A stretch of 64,000 bases of DNA from Candidatus Saccharimonadales bacterium (GCA_041751215.1 JBGSXW010000005.1:3664-67663), one strand, 5' to 3'. Shown: positions 7,907-17,851, numbered from the stretch's first letter. Translations and numbers: made by a program. Notes: generated by a model not told the origin, from the letters alone.

Positions 7907-9004
7907 TTAGAGCTGTATATAGTCTTTAACAGATGACTTTGCTAGTTCGCTAAGTAGATATTCATCCAAGTTAAAGTAGTTAAACTGGATGTGAGCAACG
8001 GTAATTTTATCGCCTTTTCTGCCCAGGTGCTTAACGATGTGTAAGCCGTACGGAACTTCGATTATCTCGGAGGCTTGACCCTGAGTTAAGTTAAATGCGG
8101 CCTCTATAAACGCAGCTGGATAGGCAGTGTCACTTCTGGCAATATCTCCAACCACCCCGTCTTTGGCCCGCGAAATTTGGTTATCAGAGAACTCTTTGGC
8201 TAGATCGCCAAAGTCTGCACCACTTTTAACCCGAGCTAACACCGTCTCGGCCTGTTCTCTGGTAGCTGTATCGAGCATTGGCAGCAGCTTTTGGCGAATG
8301 ATTTGCTGCTTAATAACTTTGCGTAGATCTGATTCATTCCAACCATAATAATTACTTAGAACCTGATTCAAACCAGTCTCGCCGCTCTCTTGAGTAGCAC
8401 CAGCTTGGATTTTAATTGGATCAATAGCAGCGCTAATCTCCTCTGAAGAAACCGTGATTCCTCGCTCGCGAGCTAACTGATTAGTGAGAGCCTGAAGTTT
8501 TACCTTTTGATAGGCCTGCCGTTTGCTCTCAGCTACGAGCACTTGGCCTTCTTTTGAGTCGATGTCGACTCCCTCTTGAGGGTGTGTTCGGTAGTAATGT
8601 AACAGATGTCGAATCTCAAAAAGGTAGTCTTCATAGGCTACAAAATTACCATTGATGCGCGCCACCGGAAACGGCACGATCTGGCTAATTCGGTAGGCGA
8701 AGTCGTTGGTGCTTTTAAAGCGATAGAGCATCAGGCCCGAAGCCACAAACAACATGGCAACTACGCCAATAATTAGGGCGCTCGATATAATAACAACTCG
8801 GTGTTTTGAGTGCTGCAGAGGATAAATAAAGCGCCGCGCAGCCCCCAGAACTTCTTCACGAACTTCTTCAACAGTCTGACTAGTAACTCGGTCTTGATTG
8901 GGCGCTGGTTCTTCGTTAAGACTTAACTTGTCTTTAACCGCAGTCTTTACCCCATCAATACTTGGTTTCTTAGCCCCACCACTCTTTTTACGTCTCAATT
9001 TCAT
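7907..9004 (-). CDS. membrane-anchored parvulin-type peptidyl-prolyl isomerase (PrsA/SurA-like)
   Basis: N-terminal TM helix; C-terminal PpiC-type block (VKSGADFGDLAKEFSDN...GLHIVKHLG). Confidence 0.7.
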   Translation of the reverse strand: MKLRRKKSGGAKKPSIDGVKTAVKDKLSLNEEPAPNQDRVTSQTVEEVREEVLGAARRFIYPLQHSKHRVVIISSALIIGVVAMLFVASGLMLYRFKSTNDFAYRISQIVPFPVARINGNFVAYEDYLFEIRHLLHYYRTHPQEGVDIDSKEGQVLVAESKRQAYQKVKLQALTNQLARERGITVSSEEISAAIDPIKIQAGATQESGETGLNQVLSNYYGWNESDLRKVIKQQIIRQKLLPMLDTATREQAETVLARVKSGADFGDLAKEFSDNQISRAKDGVVGDIARSDTAYPAAFIEAAFNLTQGQASEIIEVPYGLHIVKHLGRKGDKITVAHIQFNYFNLDEYLLSELAKSSVKDYIQL

Positions 9005-9065
9005 GTCGCCCCATTGTACCAGATTTAACAGGCATTAGCCTTAAAGAGAAGTTTCTCAAAAAGGC

Positions 9066-9620
9066 CTAGTTTTTAGGCGCCTTGAGGGCTTGCTCGGCAA
9101 AGTTTCCAACACCCAGCTCTTTAAGAGTCTTCACTAGTTTTTCTTGCATCCGATCAGGATGATGTACAAAATCGATCACCAAGTCTCCCACAAAAGTCTG
9201 AACCAAAACTGTGCCGTAGCCTAAGACCGTCTCTTGAAACCCCGATATCTGATAGTTGATGTTCTGGATCTTATCTAAACCAACGTCGACTACGGTTTTA
9301 TCCCATAGCCCCTTTTGCGTAATGCTTATTAGGCGCTGGTCGGTCATGATGATGTAAGTAAAATGCCAGTCGATCCAAGACCAAAACATAAAAACCAAAC
9401 CGACCAGCAGACCAAGTAACACAAACCACAAAAATTCTAAACGGGTTGGCCAGATCAGAGAAGGAATCATGCCGATCAGCAGACAAATTAGCACCAAGAT
9501 CAGCCCTTTGCGCATAACTAAAGGATGCTTATGAAAAGTCATTAACACTTCTTCGTCTGCGTGTTGACCGTCGAACTCAGGCTTAAAATCGTCTTTAGCT
9601 TTGCTAGCCTTTTTAAACAT
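9066..9620 (-). CDS. bacterial PH-domain (YdbS/YdbT-like) membrane protein
   Basis: Two TM helices followed by a ~90-aa beta-rich domain, the typical bPH_2 architecture. Confidence 0.5.
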   Translation of the reverse strand: MFKKASKAKDDFKPEFDGQHADEEVLMTFHKHPLVMRKGLILVLICLLIGMIPSLIWPTRLEFLWFVLLGLLVGLVFMFWSWIDWHFTYIIMTDQRLISITQKGLWDKTVVDVGLDKIQNINYQISGFQETVLGYGTVLVQTFVGDLVIDFVHHPDRMQEKLVKTLKELGVGNFAEQALKAPKN

Positions 9621-9641
9621 GAGTTCTATTATAGCGGATTA

Positions 9642-9807
9642 TGGCGTCCCGGGAGGGATTGACCTGACGGTCCGTTTCCTCACGTGCTCTCCGCCTAAGG
9701 CGGATGTGCGCGTTCGTCACGAACGAACCCGCCGCTACGCGGCACGGGGTTCTCATCATTTTCGAAAAGCCAAACGTTACAGTCCACCTACGGTGAACCG
9801 CAGCGTT
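9642..9807 (+). repeat. 147-nt GC-rich insert related to element A, plus a 19-nt duplicate of the tRNA-Arg 3' end
   Basis: TGGCGTCCCGGGAGGGATT occurs at 9642-9660 and again at 9808-9826 (inside the tRNA). The interior has GAGAACCCC..CGTAGCG..TCCGCC-TTAG-GCGGA, resembling the A1 core. Confidence 0.6.
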
Positions 9808-9884
9808 TGGCGTCCCGGGAGGGATTCGAACCCCCGACGCCCGCCTTAGGACGGCGGCGCTCTATCCAGCTGAGCTACCGAGAC
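9808..9884 (-). tRNA. tRNA-Arg (anticodon CCT), CCA encoded
   Basis: Hand-folded cloverleaf. Acceptor GTCTCGG/CCGGGAC. D-arm GCTCAGCTGGATAGAGC. Anticodon arm CCGCC-GTCCTAA-GGCGG. T-arm GGGGGTTCGAATCCCTC. Confidence 0.85.
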
Positions 9885-9903
9885 ACACTACAGTTAGTAT
9901 GCC

Positions 9904-11022
9904 TCAACTCTGTTGCTCCGCCAACTGCTCACCCTGATTAGATCCATCGGGCTCAACAATTACCAAGTGGCACCGTCCGTAGGCTTGAGTCCAACGCGTA
10001 GTAAAGTCCGGCTTACCATACTCCATCTCTCCCCTGTGTTTGGGGTCGTGGACATTAATGTGCCGCCCAGTAGCATCAAGTAAGATGTTATTGTGCCAAA
10101 CTCCTCCCGCTCGGGCTCCAAGGCCATTCGACACTAAAGACAGGACGCAGTAAATTCTAGCTTCGGGAATTCTTTCTTTAATTTTTTCGGTAATCTTATC
10201 GACAAAGCCAATGTCCGCTCCAAACATACTTAAAGTTTGAACTTCTATGCCGGTTTTTCTTCGTATGGCGTCAGATTGAAGCATTTTTAGATATGTCTCA
10301 TCTTCCATCAACCCCGTTCCATGGACGTTACTTAAGCCATCATAAAGGCCTTGGTAGGCGTCCTCGCTGATTAAGTCCTGTACTACCATGGCAAAAGCAC
10401 TTAAGGCGCAGTCCTGGTGTGCGCGCTGCTTTATAAACGGAGGTACTGTGAGTCGCCCCGCTGGCAGCTCTTGCTTGGCTGTTTCTTCGTAGCGCATAAA
10501 GGCTAAGTCTCTAAGAGCACTCAACTTGGCTTCTCGGATTTCGTAAATCTGCACGTAGTGATCCTTGCGGTCTTTAAATATCTGATTCATCGCCAGTCTT
10601 GCGCTTGGCGATCGGTATTCATCTGGCATTATGTACTCCGGCGTATAGGACGGGTCGAGTTCGAGGAGTCGGTCGCTAGTTTCCTCAAGAACGGCGGTTA
10701 TGTCAGCTGCCATCGGGCCAGCTAGAGTTCGAGGTGCTGGCTGGACGTGCTTGGCCTCAAAGAAAGCTTCAGTAAAAACCTTTGCCCACACTTGACGTGG
10801 TGTTCTCTCGGGCAGGTTAGCGGGAATAATCTCGCCGTTCTCATCGTGTGTAACCCGCAGCGTTACACCCACCGATGCCAGTAGATCTAGCTGCGCTTGC
10901 GAAACATCGGCATCGCCAAGTGATGGATCTATCTCCTCTAGTGTCTCGATTGGAGCCAGTTCACCTTCAATAACATCCGCTACTTCCCACCCTGAGTCTT
11001 CTCCAGGGAGAACTGACGACAT
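9904..11022 (-). CDS. hypothetical protein with a possible C-terminal papain/C39-like cysteine peptidase domain
   Basis: 372 aa; HQDCALSAFAMV (Q..C nucleophile-like) and a later VWHNNILLD..H..HD block; weak motif-level call. Confidence 0.35.
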   Translation of the reverse strand: MSSVLPGEDSGWEVADVIEGELAPIETLEEIDPSLGDADVSQAQLDLLASVGVTLRVTHDENGEIIPANLPERTPRQVWAKVFTEAFFEAKHVQPAPRTLAGPMAADITAVLEETSDRLLELDPSYTPEYIMPDEYRSPSARLAMNQIFKDRKDHYVQIYEIREAKLSALRDLAFMRYEETAKQELPAGRLTVPPFIKQRAHQDCALSAFAMVVQDLISEDAYQGLYDGLSNVHGTGLMEDETYLKMLQSDAIRRKTGIEVQTLSMFGADIGFVDKITEKIKERIPEARIYCVLSLVSNGLGARAGGVWHNNILLDATGRHINVHDPKHRGEMEYGKPDFTTRWTQAYGRCHLVIVEPDGSNQGEQLAEQQS

Positions 11023-11027
11023 AGCGA

Positions 11028-11492
11028 CTACTTGCGTTCGTAGGTCTCGTAAATGTGGATGTATTCAGACTTGTCGTACGAAAACAGCTCGTCCTTGCCA
11101 AAGAATCGGCTAACTTCTGACTGTCCGCTACTCTTGCTGTCTGAGGCGTGAATTAGATTGCGTCCGGTTCCGATAGAAAAGTCGCCGCGGATTGTGCCAG
11201 CATCGGCTTCGCGCGGATTGGTAGCACCAACTAAAACTCGTACCGAGTTGACGCACTCAAATCCCTCAACCGCCATAACAACTACTGGCGAGCTCTGCAT
11301 AAACTTAGCTAGATCTTCGTAAAAAGGCTTCTCTAGGTGCTCTGAATAGTGCTGAGAAAGCAGTTCGCTATCAAGGCTGAGCATCTTCATGCCGATTAAC
11401 TTAAGGCCCTTGCGCTCTAGTCTGGAGAGAATTTCTCCGACCAATCCACGCTGCACGGCATCTGGTTTAGCAATAATTAAAGTTCGTTCCAT
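11028..11492 (-). CDS. ndk: nucleoside diphosphate kinase
   Basis: ERTLIIAKPDAVQRGLVGEI...NLIHASDS active-site His context. Confidence 0.9.
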   Translation of the reverse strand: MERTLIIAKPDAVQRGLVGEILSRLERKGLKLIGMKMLSLDSELLSQHYSEHLEKPFYEDLAKFMQSSPVVVMAVEGFECVNSVRVLVGATNPREADAGTIRGDFSIGTGRNLIHASDSKSSGQSEVSRFFGKDELFSYDKSEYIHIYETYERK

Positions 11493-11510
11493 TTTAAATC
11501 CTGTTCGATC

Positions 11511-12314
11511 TTAGATATTTATCAGTAGTAATAGTACCAAAGCTAGAGCGATTCGGTAATACCCAAAGATCGCCAGACCATGTGACTTCAAATATTTAAG
11601 CAACCAATGGACCACACCAAGCCCCACAATTGCCGCCGTTAAGATGCCGACCACTGTAAGTGCTAGGTCATCTGTGACTGCTGCGCGGGCTTCATCATCG
11701 AGCAGTGTCTGAACCGAAGCTCCAAATATTACCGGCACGCCAATTAAAAACGAGTACTCCGCCGCATTTCTATTATCTAGACCCTGGCTGCGACCAGCTA
11801 AGATAGTAATTCCTGATCTGGAAGTTCCCGGAATTAACGCTGCAGCCTGAGCTACACCAACTATCAGGGCAGTTTTCTTTGAGATCTGAGAAAGCTTTAT
11901 TTCTTTTCCCTTTTTTTGCGGAAATTTGGGCGGAAAAAGCCGATCCGAAGCAATAAAGAGCAGACCAACTAGCACTAACATGACAATCACCACCTCAACG
12001 TGGCGCACATCCTCGCTAAAAAAGTCGTTAAACAAAAATCCGACAACCGCAGCTGGAATTGTTGAGATCACTAGCAGTGTAAACAGCTTATAGTCACGCC
12101 CGCTCAGCACATTTTTAGCTATTTCAAAGAGTTTAGGCCAAAAGTAGATTACTAAGGCCAGGAGCGTTCCGACGTGGAGCATAACGTCAATTGCCAGTGA
12201 ACTATCAATACCGGCAACTTCATCTAGCGCCAAGAGATGTCCGGAGCTAGAAACCGGCAAGAACTCGGTTAGCGCCTGAGTTACGGCTAGAATTAATATC
12301 TCAATTAAAATCAT
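11511..12314 (-). CDS. uppP: undecaprenyl-diphosphate phosphatase
   Basis: BacA motifs LPVSSSGHL and PGTSRSG; polytopic. Confidence 0.9.
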   Translation of the reverse strand: MILIEILILAVTQALTEFLPVSSSGHLLALDEVAGIDSSLAIDVMLHVGTLLALVIYFWPKLFEIAKNVLSGRDYKLFTLLVISTIPAAVVGFLFNDFFSEDVRHVEVVIVMLVLVGLLFIASDRLFPPKFPQKKGKEIKLSQISKKTALIVGVAQAAALIPGTSRSGITILAGRSQGLDNRNAAEYSFLIGVPVIFGASVQTLLDDEARAAVTDDLALTVVGILTAAIVGLGVVHWLLKYLKSHGLAIFGYYRIALALVLLLLINI

Positions 12315-12987
12315 TGCTGTTATTGTAACTCATCTAGCCCTTACTGCTGGAGCTAATTTCGCGTCCGTTTCCTTTGTTGAGCACAGTGTAATGCTCCCCA
12401 GTTGCTGGTATTTTTATGGTGACTACAAAAATTATACAGCCTAGTTGCGTCGTCAAACCGACTTGAAACGGCAAAAATATCGCGCGAGATTTACAATATT
12501 TCGTTGTTTATTCGTCAGCTAAAAGCGTGCAGTCTAATCTGTTCTTTGATCGCATCCGCTCTTACGGATTTAAAGGCACAATCTAACGTGCCGCCGTTTT
12601 TAGTACAAATTCCGTTGTTTTTTTATCTATGCCCTAAACAGGAATTTTGTTATGTTATGTTTTTACTCGAGTAGCCATGGTCTATTCATTCATTCTAAAG
12701 CCAGGTGCTGCCATGACTGAAACCACGCAAGGTGCTCGGACAATGTTTTTGTTGTAAATGCTATTGGTGTTTTTACAACAGGTAAGTCCCCCTGAGTGAC
12801 ATTTAGTGCTCCGAGTCAGCTCCGCTGGTTTAGATCTTAGCCCTCTTGAATTTTCTTGGCCGACCTAACGACAACACTGCCAACGTCAGAATTAGGCCAC
12901 CACATTAATTAACATGGCGGCGAAACTAAAGCTGAGTACTAGCATTACCTTTTTGGTATTGTGCGACACTAAGCGTAATATTGATTT

Positions 12988-13902
12988 ATGAACTTAAGTA
13001 ACGTTATCGTCGACTTTTTAGAGCATTTAGAAATCGAGCAAAATCGCTCGCAAATGACAATTGCCAATTACCACCACTACCTTATGCGTTTAGTTGAGTT
13101 TAGTGACGATGTTGATATAAGCAAGCTAGACGCCGAAGTAATACGTCGATGGCGCCTTTGGCTCAATCGATACAAAGATGCTCACGGGACGGAACTATCT
13201 AAGACTACTCAGAACTACCACTTAATTGCGCTGCGCAGTTTGCTTCGCTACTGCATGAAAAGAGATATCAAAACCCTCAGCCCAGATAAGATTGAGTTAG
13301 CCAAAGTCAGCCGAAAACAGGTTACATTCCTAAGTATCGAAGAAGTTGAACGACTGCTAGACCAGCCTGATCTTAGTAAGCTAACAGGGATGCGAGACCG
13401 TGCAATTTTAGAACTACTCTTCTGCGGGGGCCTCCGAGTGTCAGAACTTGTTAACCTAAATATCGATCACATTAACCTAAAACGATTAGAGTTTACGGTC
13501 CGCGGAAAAGGCCAAAAAGACCGCCCGATCTTTATTAGTGAACAAGCCGGTGAAGCAATTGGACGCTATCTTCAGGCCCGTCAAGATAACTTTCGACCCC
13601 TGTTTATCCACGCTGGCGGAACGCAAAGTGCGTTAGACGAAGGCGAATACACAAGGTTGAGTACAAGGAGTGTTCAAAGACTAGTTAGTCGCTACGCTAA
13701 GCTTGCTGGAATTACGAAAAAAGTCAGCCCACATACTTTGCGTCACTCGTTTGCCACCGACCTATTGATGAACGGGGCCGACCTGCGCAGCGTGCAGTCT
13801 TTGCTGGGACACAGCAATATTGGCACCACCCAGATTTACACTCACATTACCGACCCTCACCTGCGCGACGTGCACAAGAAATTCCATGGTAAAAGCCGAT
13901 AG
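12988..13902 (+). CDS. tyrosine site-specific recombinase XerC/XerD family
   Basis: C-terminal HTLRHSFATDLL..GADLRSVQSLLGHSNIGTTQIYTH. Confidence 0.85.
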   Translation: MNLSNVIVDFLEHLEIEQNRSQMTIANYHHYLMRLVEFSDDVDISKLDAEVIRRWRLWLNRYKDAHGTELSKTTQNYHLIALRSLLRYCMKRDIKTLSPDKIELAKVSRKQVTFLSIEEVERLLDQPDLSKLTGMRDRAILELLFCGGLRVSELVNLNIDHINLKRLEFTVRGKGQKDRPIFISEQAGEAIGRYLQARQDNFRPLFIHAGGTQSALDEGEYTRLSTRSVQRLVSRYAKLAGITKKVSPHTLRHSFATDLLMNGADLRSVQSLLGHSNIGTTQIYTHITDPHLRDVHKKFHGKSR

Positions 13903-13943
13903 TAGCCCCTGCTTTTTTTGTTAGAGCTTAGAAGTTTACTAAG

Positions 13944-15107
13944 TTAGAAGTCGCACCAGCTGGAAGCAAAGTTTTCAGCCGTGTTCCGAGTGGCAAAGGT
14001 CTTACAAAGCGAGTTGCCGCTGATGGTTATGTAGTTGGCGTCAGCTGGATCAATCCAGCCATCAACGGTGTCGTCTGGAATCTGCAACAGAGCCTTAAAG
14101 AAGATGCGATTAAGGTCTAGGGTTGCCTCTATGCGGCGAAATACGTCACCTGAGCGCCCAGTTACATCGGCAATTATCTGTCCTTGGTCCATCCCAACAT
14201 CTACTCGCTCACCGGTGTTGCCAGGCTCTGACCAGCGGGTGGCGGTGACCTTAACGGTGGCGCTACGGTAACGGGTACTGACCGCTACAGCAATGATGTC
14301 ACTATTGGTCGGCAGGTTGCGGATTTCGCGCACGCAAGCAAACTCACCGGGGAAGAATTCAACGGTAAGTACCTCGCAGTAGGTTGCGTGAATGCCGCCA
14401 TCAAAAGCACCGCTAAAGTTGCTAAATGGAGACTGGCTGTCTGAGAAAGGATACAAAAATACAGTTCTTTGCCTAAACTCAATTCCCTCTCGGTAAAAGA
14501 AGGTTACGCGGAGCAATGCTGGATATTGACGCTCATTCCAATCATCTTTGCGTAGAAGCTCTTTTTCTACATCGGTTGAAACATCAAAGTGGCCGTCGTT
14601 CGTTGGAGCTCCGGCTCCCTGCTCGGGTGTCTTGTGCCAAGCAATGTTGGCTCCGTCAGCTTGGCCGGGCAGAATTATGGTCTGCACATCGCCCTCACCA
14701 AGCTCGCCTGTCCATTCTGGGGCGGCACTGAGCTTAAGACAGGTATATTCCATGTCTAAATCGTCGGGTTCGGAGACCACGCTATCAAAACCAGTAGCTG
14801 TATTGCAGTTGCCGGCATTGTAGTTGGCGTTTAAATAGCTCTGAAAGTTTCCACTATAGCCCTCTGCCACCTCAACAATATAGGCGTTGGCCGCGTTTTT
14901 AAGCATAACTCGAGCGTCTGATAAGCCTGCCTCGGCGGCGTAGTAAGCTCTGGCGGATAAATCGTCATCGATTGCTTGACGCTGTTCGTTAATGCTTAGT
15001 CGTAAGAAGCCAAGCGTTAGGATCGATAACACAATCACCAGCAGCAGAACCGTGATGATGGCTACAGCACCTTGTTCGTTATGTTTAATTGATTGACTAA
15101 AACGCAT
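13944..15107 (-). CDS. PilX-N-like pilus-associated protein
   Basis: N-terminus EQGAVAIITVLLLVIVLSILTLGFLRL..E..Q; last gene of the pilin cluster. Confidence 0.5.
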   Translation of the reverse strand: MRFSQSIKHNEQGAVAIITVLLLVIVLSILTLGFLRLSINEQRQAIDDDLSARAYYAAEAGLSDARVMLKNAANAYIVEVAEGYSGNFQSYLNANYNAGNCNTATGFDSVVSEPDDLDMEYTCLKLSAAPEWTGELGEGDVQTIILPGQADGANIAWHKTPEQGAGAPTNDGHFDVSTDVEKELLRKDDWNERQYPALLRVTFFYREGIEFRQRTVFLYPFSDSQSPFSNFSGAFDGGIHATYCEVLTVEFFPGEFACVREIRNLPTNSDIIAVAVSTRYRSATVKVTATRWSEPGNTGERVDVGMDQGQIIADVTGRSGDVFRRIEATLDLNRIFFKALLQIPDDTVDGWIDPADANYITISGNSLCKTFATRNTAENFASSWCDF

Positions 15108-15115
15108 ATGCTCTC

Positions 15116-15742
15116 CTACTGCCTTGAGGTTATCACACTTGTTAAGTCCACGACATCACAGTAAGCGGAGGCTGGTCCAGACACAACTGCACATCTAGGC
15201 AGACCGGTATCAGTATCAACGGTCAGTCGCTCACCGGTTGCCACCATTGCCACCATCAATCTGTAGGTTTCATCCGCCCCAGGAACAGGGGTAACGTTAA
15301 TGTCCCAGACCGAAACTTGATCAGGCAACAACGGTTCTCTATCGCTCCACCCAGAAAGACAGCCCTGCCCTGTCCAGAGCCGAGCATTAACCCCGGCTGC
15401 AGCCTCATCGGCATCGGGTTCCTGCCAGTAATAGGTTTGTCCGTTCTCAAGACAAAGCATGCGCTCAATCTCCGGCGGTAATAGCGAAGCACAAGTTGCA
15501 GTTCCTTCATCGCACTTAGCATAAAGGGCGGTGTCGATGCGATTATGTCGAAGGTTGCGGGCCAAATCTTCAATCATTATACGAGCGTTATTGTGGACTT
15601 CTCGGACCACCACACCCTTGGTGTATTGCCGATTTATAAAGATGAACCCAGTGGTCATAAACACTAAAATAAAAGCAAAGAAGGTCATAGCCAGTAAAAG
15701 CTCGATGATCGTAAATCCGCGCTGGTTGTTTGGTCGGCTCAT
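15116..15742 (-). CDS. minor pilin (prepilin-type N-terminal cleavage/methylation domain)
   Basis: NQRGFTIIELLLAMTFFAFIL. Confidence 0.7.
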   Translation of the reverse strand: MSRPNNQRGFTIIELLLAMTFFAFILVFMTTGFIFINRQYTKGVVVREVHNNARIMIEDLARNLRHNRIDTALYAKCDEGTATCASLLPPEIERMLCLENGQTYYWQEPDADEAAAGVNARLWTGQGCLSGWSDREPLLPDQVSVWDINVTPVPGADETYRLMVAMVATGERLTVDTDTGLPRCAVVSGPASAYCDVVDLTSVITSRQ

Positions 15743-16242
15743 GTTCGTGGCACCCTCAACACTAGTCCGGTTTCTTGAGCCGGGCTATCACCTATGCCTT
15801 CCCAGCACGCCCGAATAGTAAAGTCGACGGTCTCACTGGTGGGAGATAAAGCGGGTGGTCGCTCTACCCAAATATAATAAAACTCACCCACTAAAAGCGG
15901 CTCTGGCTGATATACCAAGCCTGATTCGGTAGTGTCAATGCTAAATCCAGGACCGGTCGGAGCAGAATCACAAAAGCCAGGCGTTACAGCAGTGATATCG
16001 CCCTGTGTCGTTGTCAGCGGCGTTCCGATGTCCATACCGCGCTTTACGAGTTCGGCTTGACCCCTTAACAGATTAGAGACTTCGGTTTTTTCTAGTGCCG
16101 ACTGATTAATGCGGGTCGCTCGGTTAGAAATAGTAAACGAGCCAGCTAAAACCATCGAAAGCACCACGGTTGCTAGCAAAACCTCTACTAACGTATCCCC
16201 CCGCTGGTTGAGTCTATTCTTAAAACTCATTACATCGCTCAT
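15739..16242 (-). CDS. minor pilin (prepilin-type N-terminus)
   Basis: QRGDTLVEVLLATVVLSMVLAG. Confidence 0.6.
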   Translation of the reverse strand: MSDVMSFKNRLNQRGDTLVEVLLATVVLSMVLAGSFTISNRATRINQSALEKTEVSNLLRGQAELVKRGMDIGTPLTTTQGDITAVTPGFCDSAPTGPGFSIDTTESGLVYQPEPLLVGEFYYIWVERPPALSPTSETVDFTIRACWEGIGDSPAQETGLVLRVPRT

Positions 16243-16987
16243 CGTTAAACGTTAACTGACTAACATTGTTGGTGGTCTGGGCAGAAACTTCTATACTAAC
16301 GCGCTCGTTGTTAGCACCTCTAAAGCAATAGATTGAGTCTCTCATGTCGGTACCTCCGACCATAACCATCTGTGGAAACTGCATGCCTTCGGTGATGTCA
16401 TCCTCTGCTCGATAAGAAATTGCTACCACACCCGAGCTTCTGGGCAGCCTAATGAAGCCGATGTTATTGTTGGCAATTCGCGGATCATCAGTGGTTGCTA
16501 GGTCTACTACATTTCCACCCAAGAACACGGTGCCCCATTCGATTAAGTATCTCGACTGAGCAACCGAGCGAATGTTTGCTCGGAATAACTGTGTGTTTAA
16601 GCTGTTGGCACTATCGACTTCAGCCTGCGTTAAGTTTTCGCCAATCATAGTGTGAATAGTAACTTCACCGTTTGGCTTAGCCGGATTCCCGGCATAATGG
16701 AACTCCATCACGTAGCCCATCAAGATGCAGTCATCTGCCTTGCCCGGAAGTCTTACCTCAGAGGAATTACAGAAATTATTGGCCTCACGAGTGTTAACGC
16801 CTGTATAAACATCGCTAAATACGTCTTTAACCTGAGCATTAAGCGACTGCATTGAGTCAGTTAACTGAACGCTTCGAGTTCTAGCGCTAATACCAAAAAA
16901 GCCAATTATAAATAGCAACCCGCTAATAGCTAAGAAAAGCGTGACTTCTATAATCGTAAAACCGGACTGATTGGACCGCCCGCTCAT
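16220..16987 (-). CDS. minor pilin (prepilin-type N-terminus)
   Basis: NQSGFTIIEVTLFLAISGLLFI. Confidence 0.7.
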   Translation of the reverse strand: MSGRSNQSGFTIIEVTLFLAISGLLFIIGFFGISARTRSVQLTDSMQSLNAQVKDVFSDVYTGVNTREANNFCNSSEVRLPGKADDCILMGYVMEFHYAGNPAKPNGEVTIHTMIGENLTQAEVDSANSLNTQLFRANIRSVAQSRYLIEWGTVFLGGNVVDLATTDDPRIANNNIGFIRLPRSSGVVAISYRAEDDITEGMQFPQMVMVGGTDMRDSIYCFRGANNERVSIEVSAQTTNNVSQLTFNDERCNEF

Positions 16988-17032
16988 ATCTGTTGAATTA
17001 TATCATAAGCGTAATCAGAATGATTGCTGATT

Positions 17033-17851
17033 TTAGCCAGTGAGCAGAATGCTTGCACTATACCAATCAACTAGAGATTGGCCCCAAAGCACGGCAATAA
17101 AGAAGCCGAGGATTAAGTATGGACCAAATGGCACTTGTTGGTTACGGCTAAGTTTATGGGTACTCATCAACACAATCGATACAAAAGAACCAAGTAAGCT
17201 AGCCGTAAAGATCGCAAGCAATGCTAGTTGAGGTCCGAGCATAAGGCCCATCAAAATACCAAGCTTAACGTCGCCGCCGCCGATCCACCGACCCTTAGAC
17301 GCAGCAAACAATGCCCAAAAGATTCCAGCACCGCACAGCAGCCCTAAGGCAACGTGTCTTAGCTGATCTTGCAGTCCTCCATATAGCAGTACTTCTAGGC
17401 CAAGATAGCCCGCTGCTAAGGCAATTAACGGGAAGAGAATCCGATTTGGCAGAATCATCCACTTCAAGTCATAGACGAACAGAGCGACTAAGCCCACTAA
17501 AATAACCTCCCAAACTACGAAGCGCAGCAAACCAGCATCTACAAAGCCGTCTGGCCACCAAACATACGAAATCACCAAGCACAGCGCTGTAGCGGCCTCA
17601 ACTAAGGGGTACTGAGCGCTTATTGGCTTCTTGCAGTAACGACAGCGCCCTTTAAGGCTTAGCCAGCTTAAAACTGGCACTAGGTCTTTAGTCTCTAGTT
17701 GATGTTTGCAGCTAGGACACATGGAGCGCCCGCGTACAACCGAGAACTTCTTTGACTTAGGCTTGAGCTCCTGCTGTCGCAGTCGCCAAACCAGGGCATT
17801 TACAAAGCTTCCCAGCGCAAGCCCAAATACAGCTATAGCAAAAATTATCAT
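17033..17851 (-). CDS. pilD: prepilin peptidase (A24 family)
   Basis: N-terminal CPSC...CRYC zinc motif; polytopic; GGGDVKL aspartyl site. Confidence 0.85.
   Translation of the reverse strand: MIIFAIAVFGLALGSFVNALVWRLRQQELKPKSKKFSVVRGRSMCPSCKHQLETKDLVPVLSWLSLKGRCRYCKKPISAQYPLVEAATALCLVISYVWWPDGFVDAGLLRFVVWEVILVGLVALFVYDLKWMILPNRILFPLIALAAGYLGLEVLLYGGLQDQLRHVALGLLCGAGIFWALFAASKGRWIGGGDVKLGILMGLMLGPQLALLAIFTASLLGSFVSIVLMSTHKLSRNQQVPFGPYLILGFFIAVLWGQSLVDWYSASILLTG

Noticed and set aside
9601-9849. 82-aa ORF covering the tRNA-Arg region
   Set aside because: It overlaps a well-folding tRNA and the duplicated tRNA fragment, so it is an artefact of GC-rich sequence.
12330-12400. tmRNA 3' end (minus strand ...GGACGCGAAATTAGCTCCAGCA)
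   Set aside because: There is no T-arm (GGTTCGAATCC-like) sequence, no terminal CCA context, and no tag-peptide reading frame that I could find.
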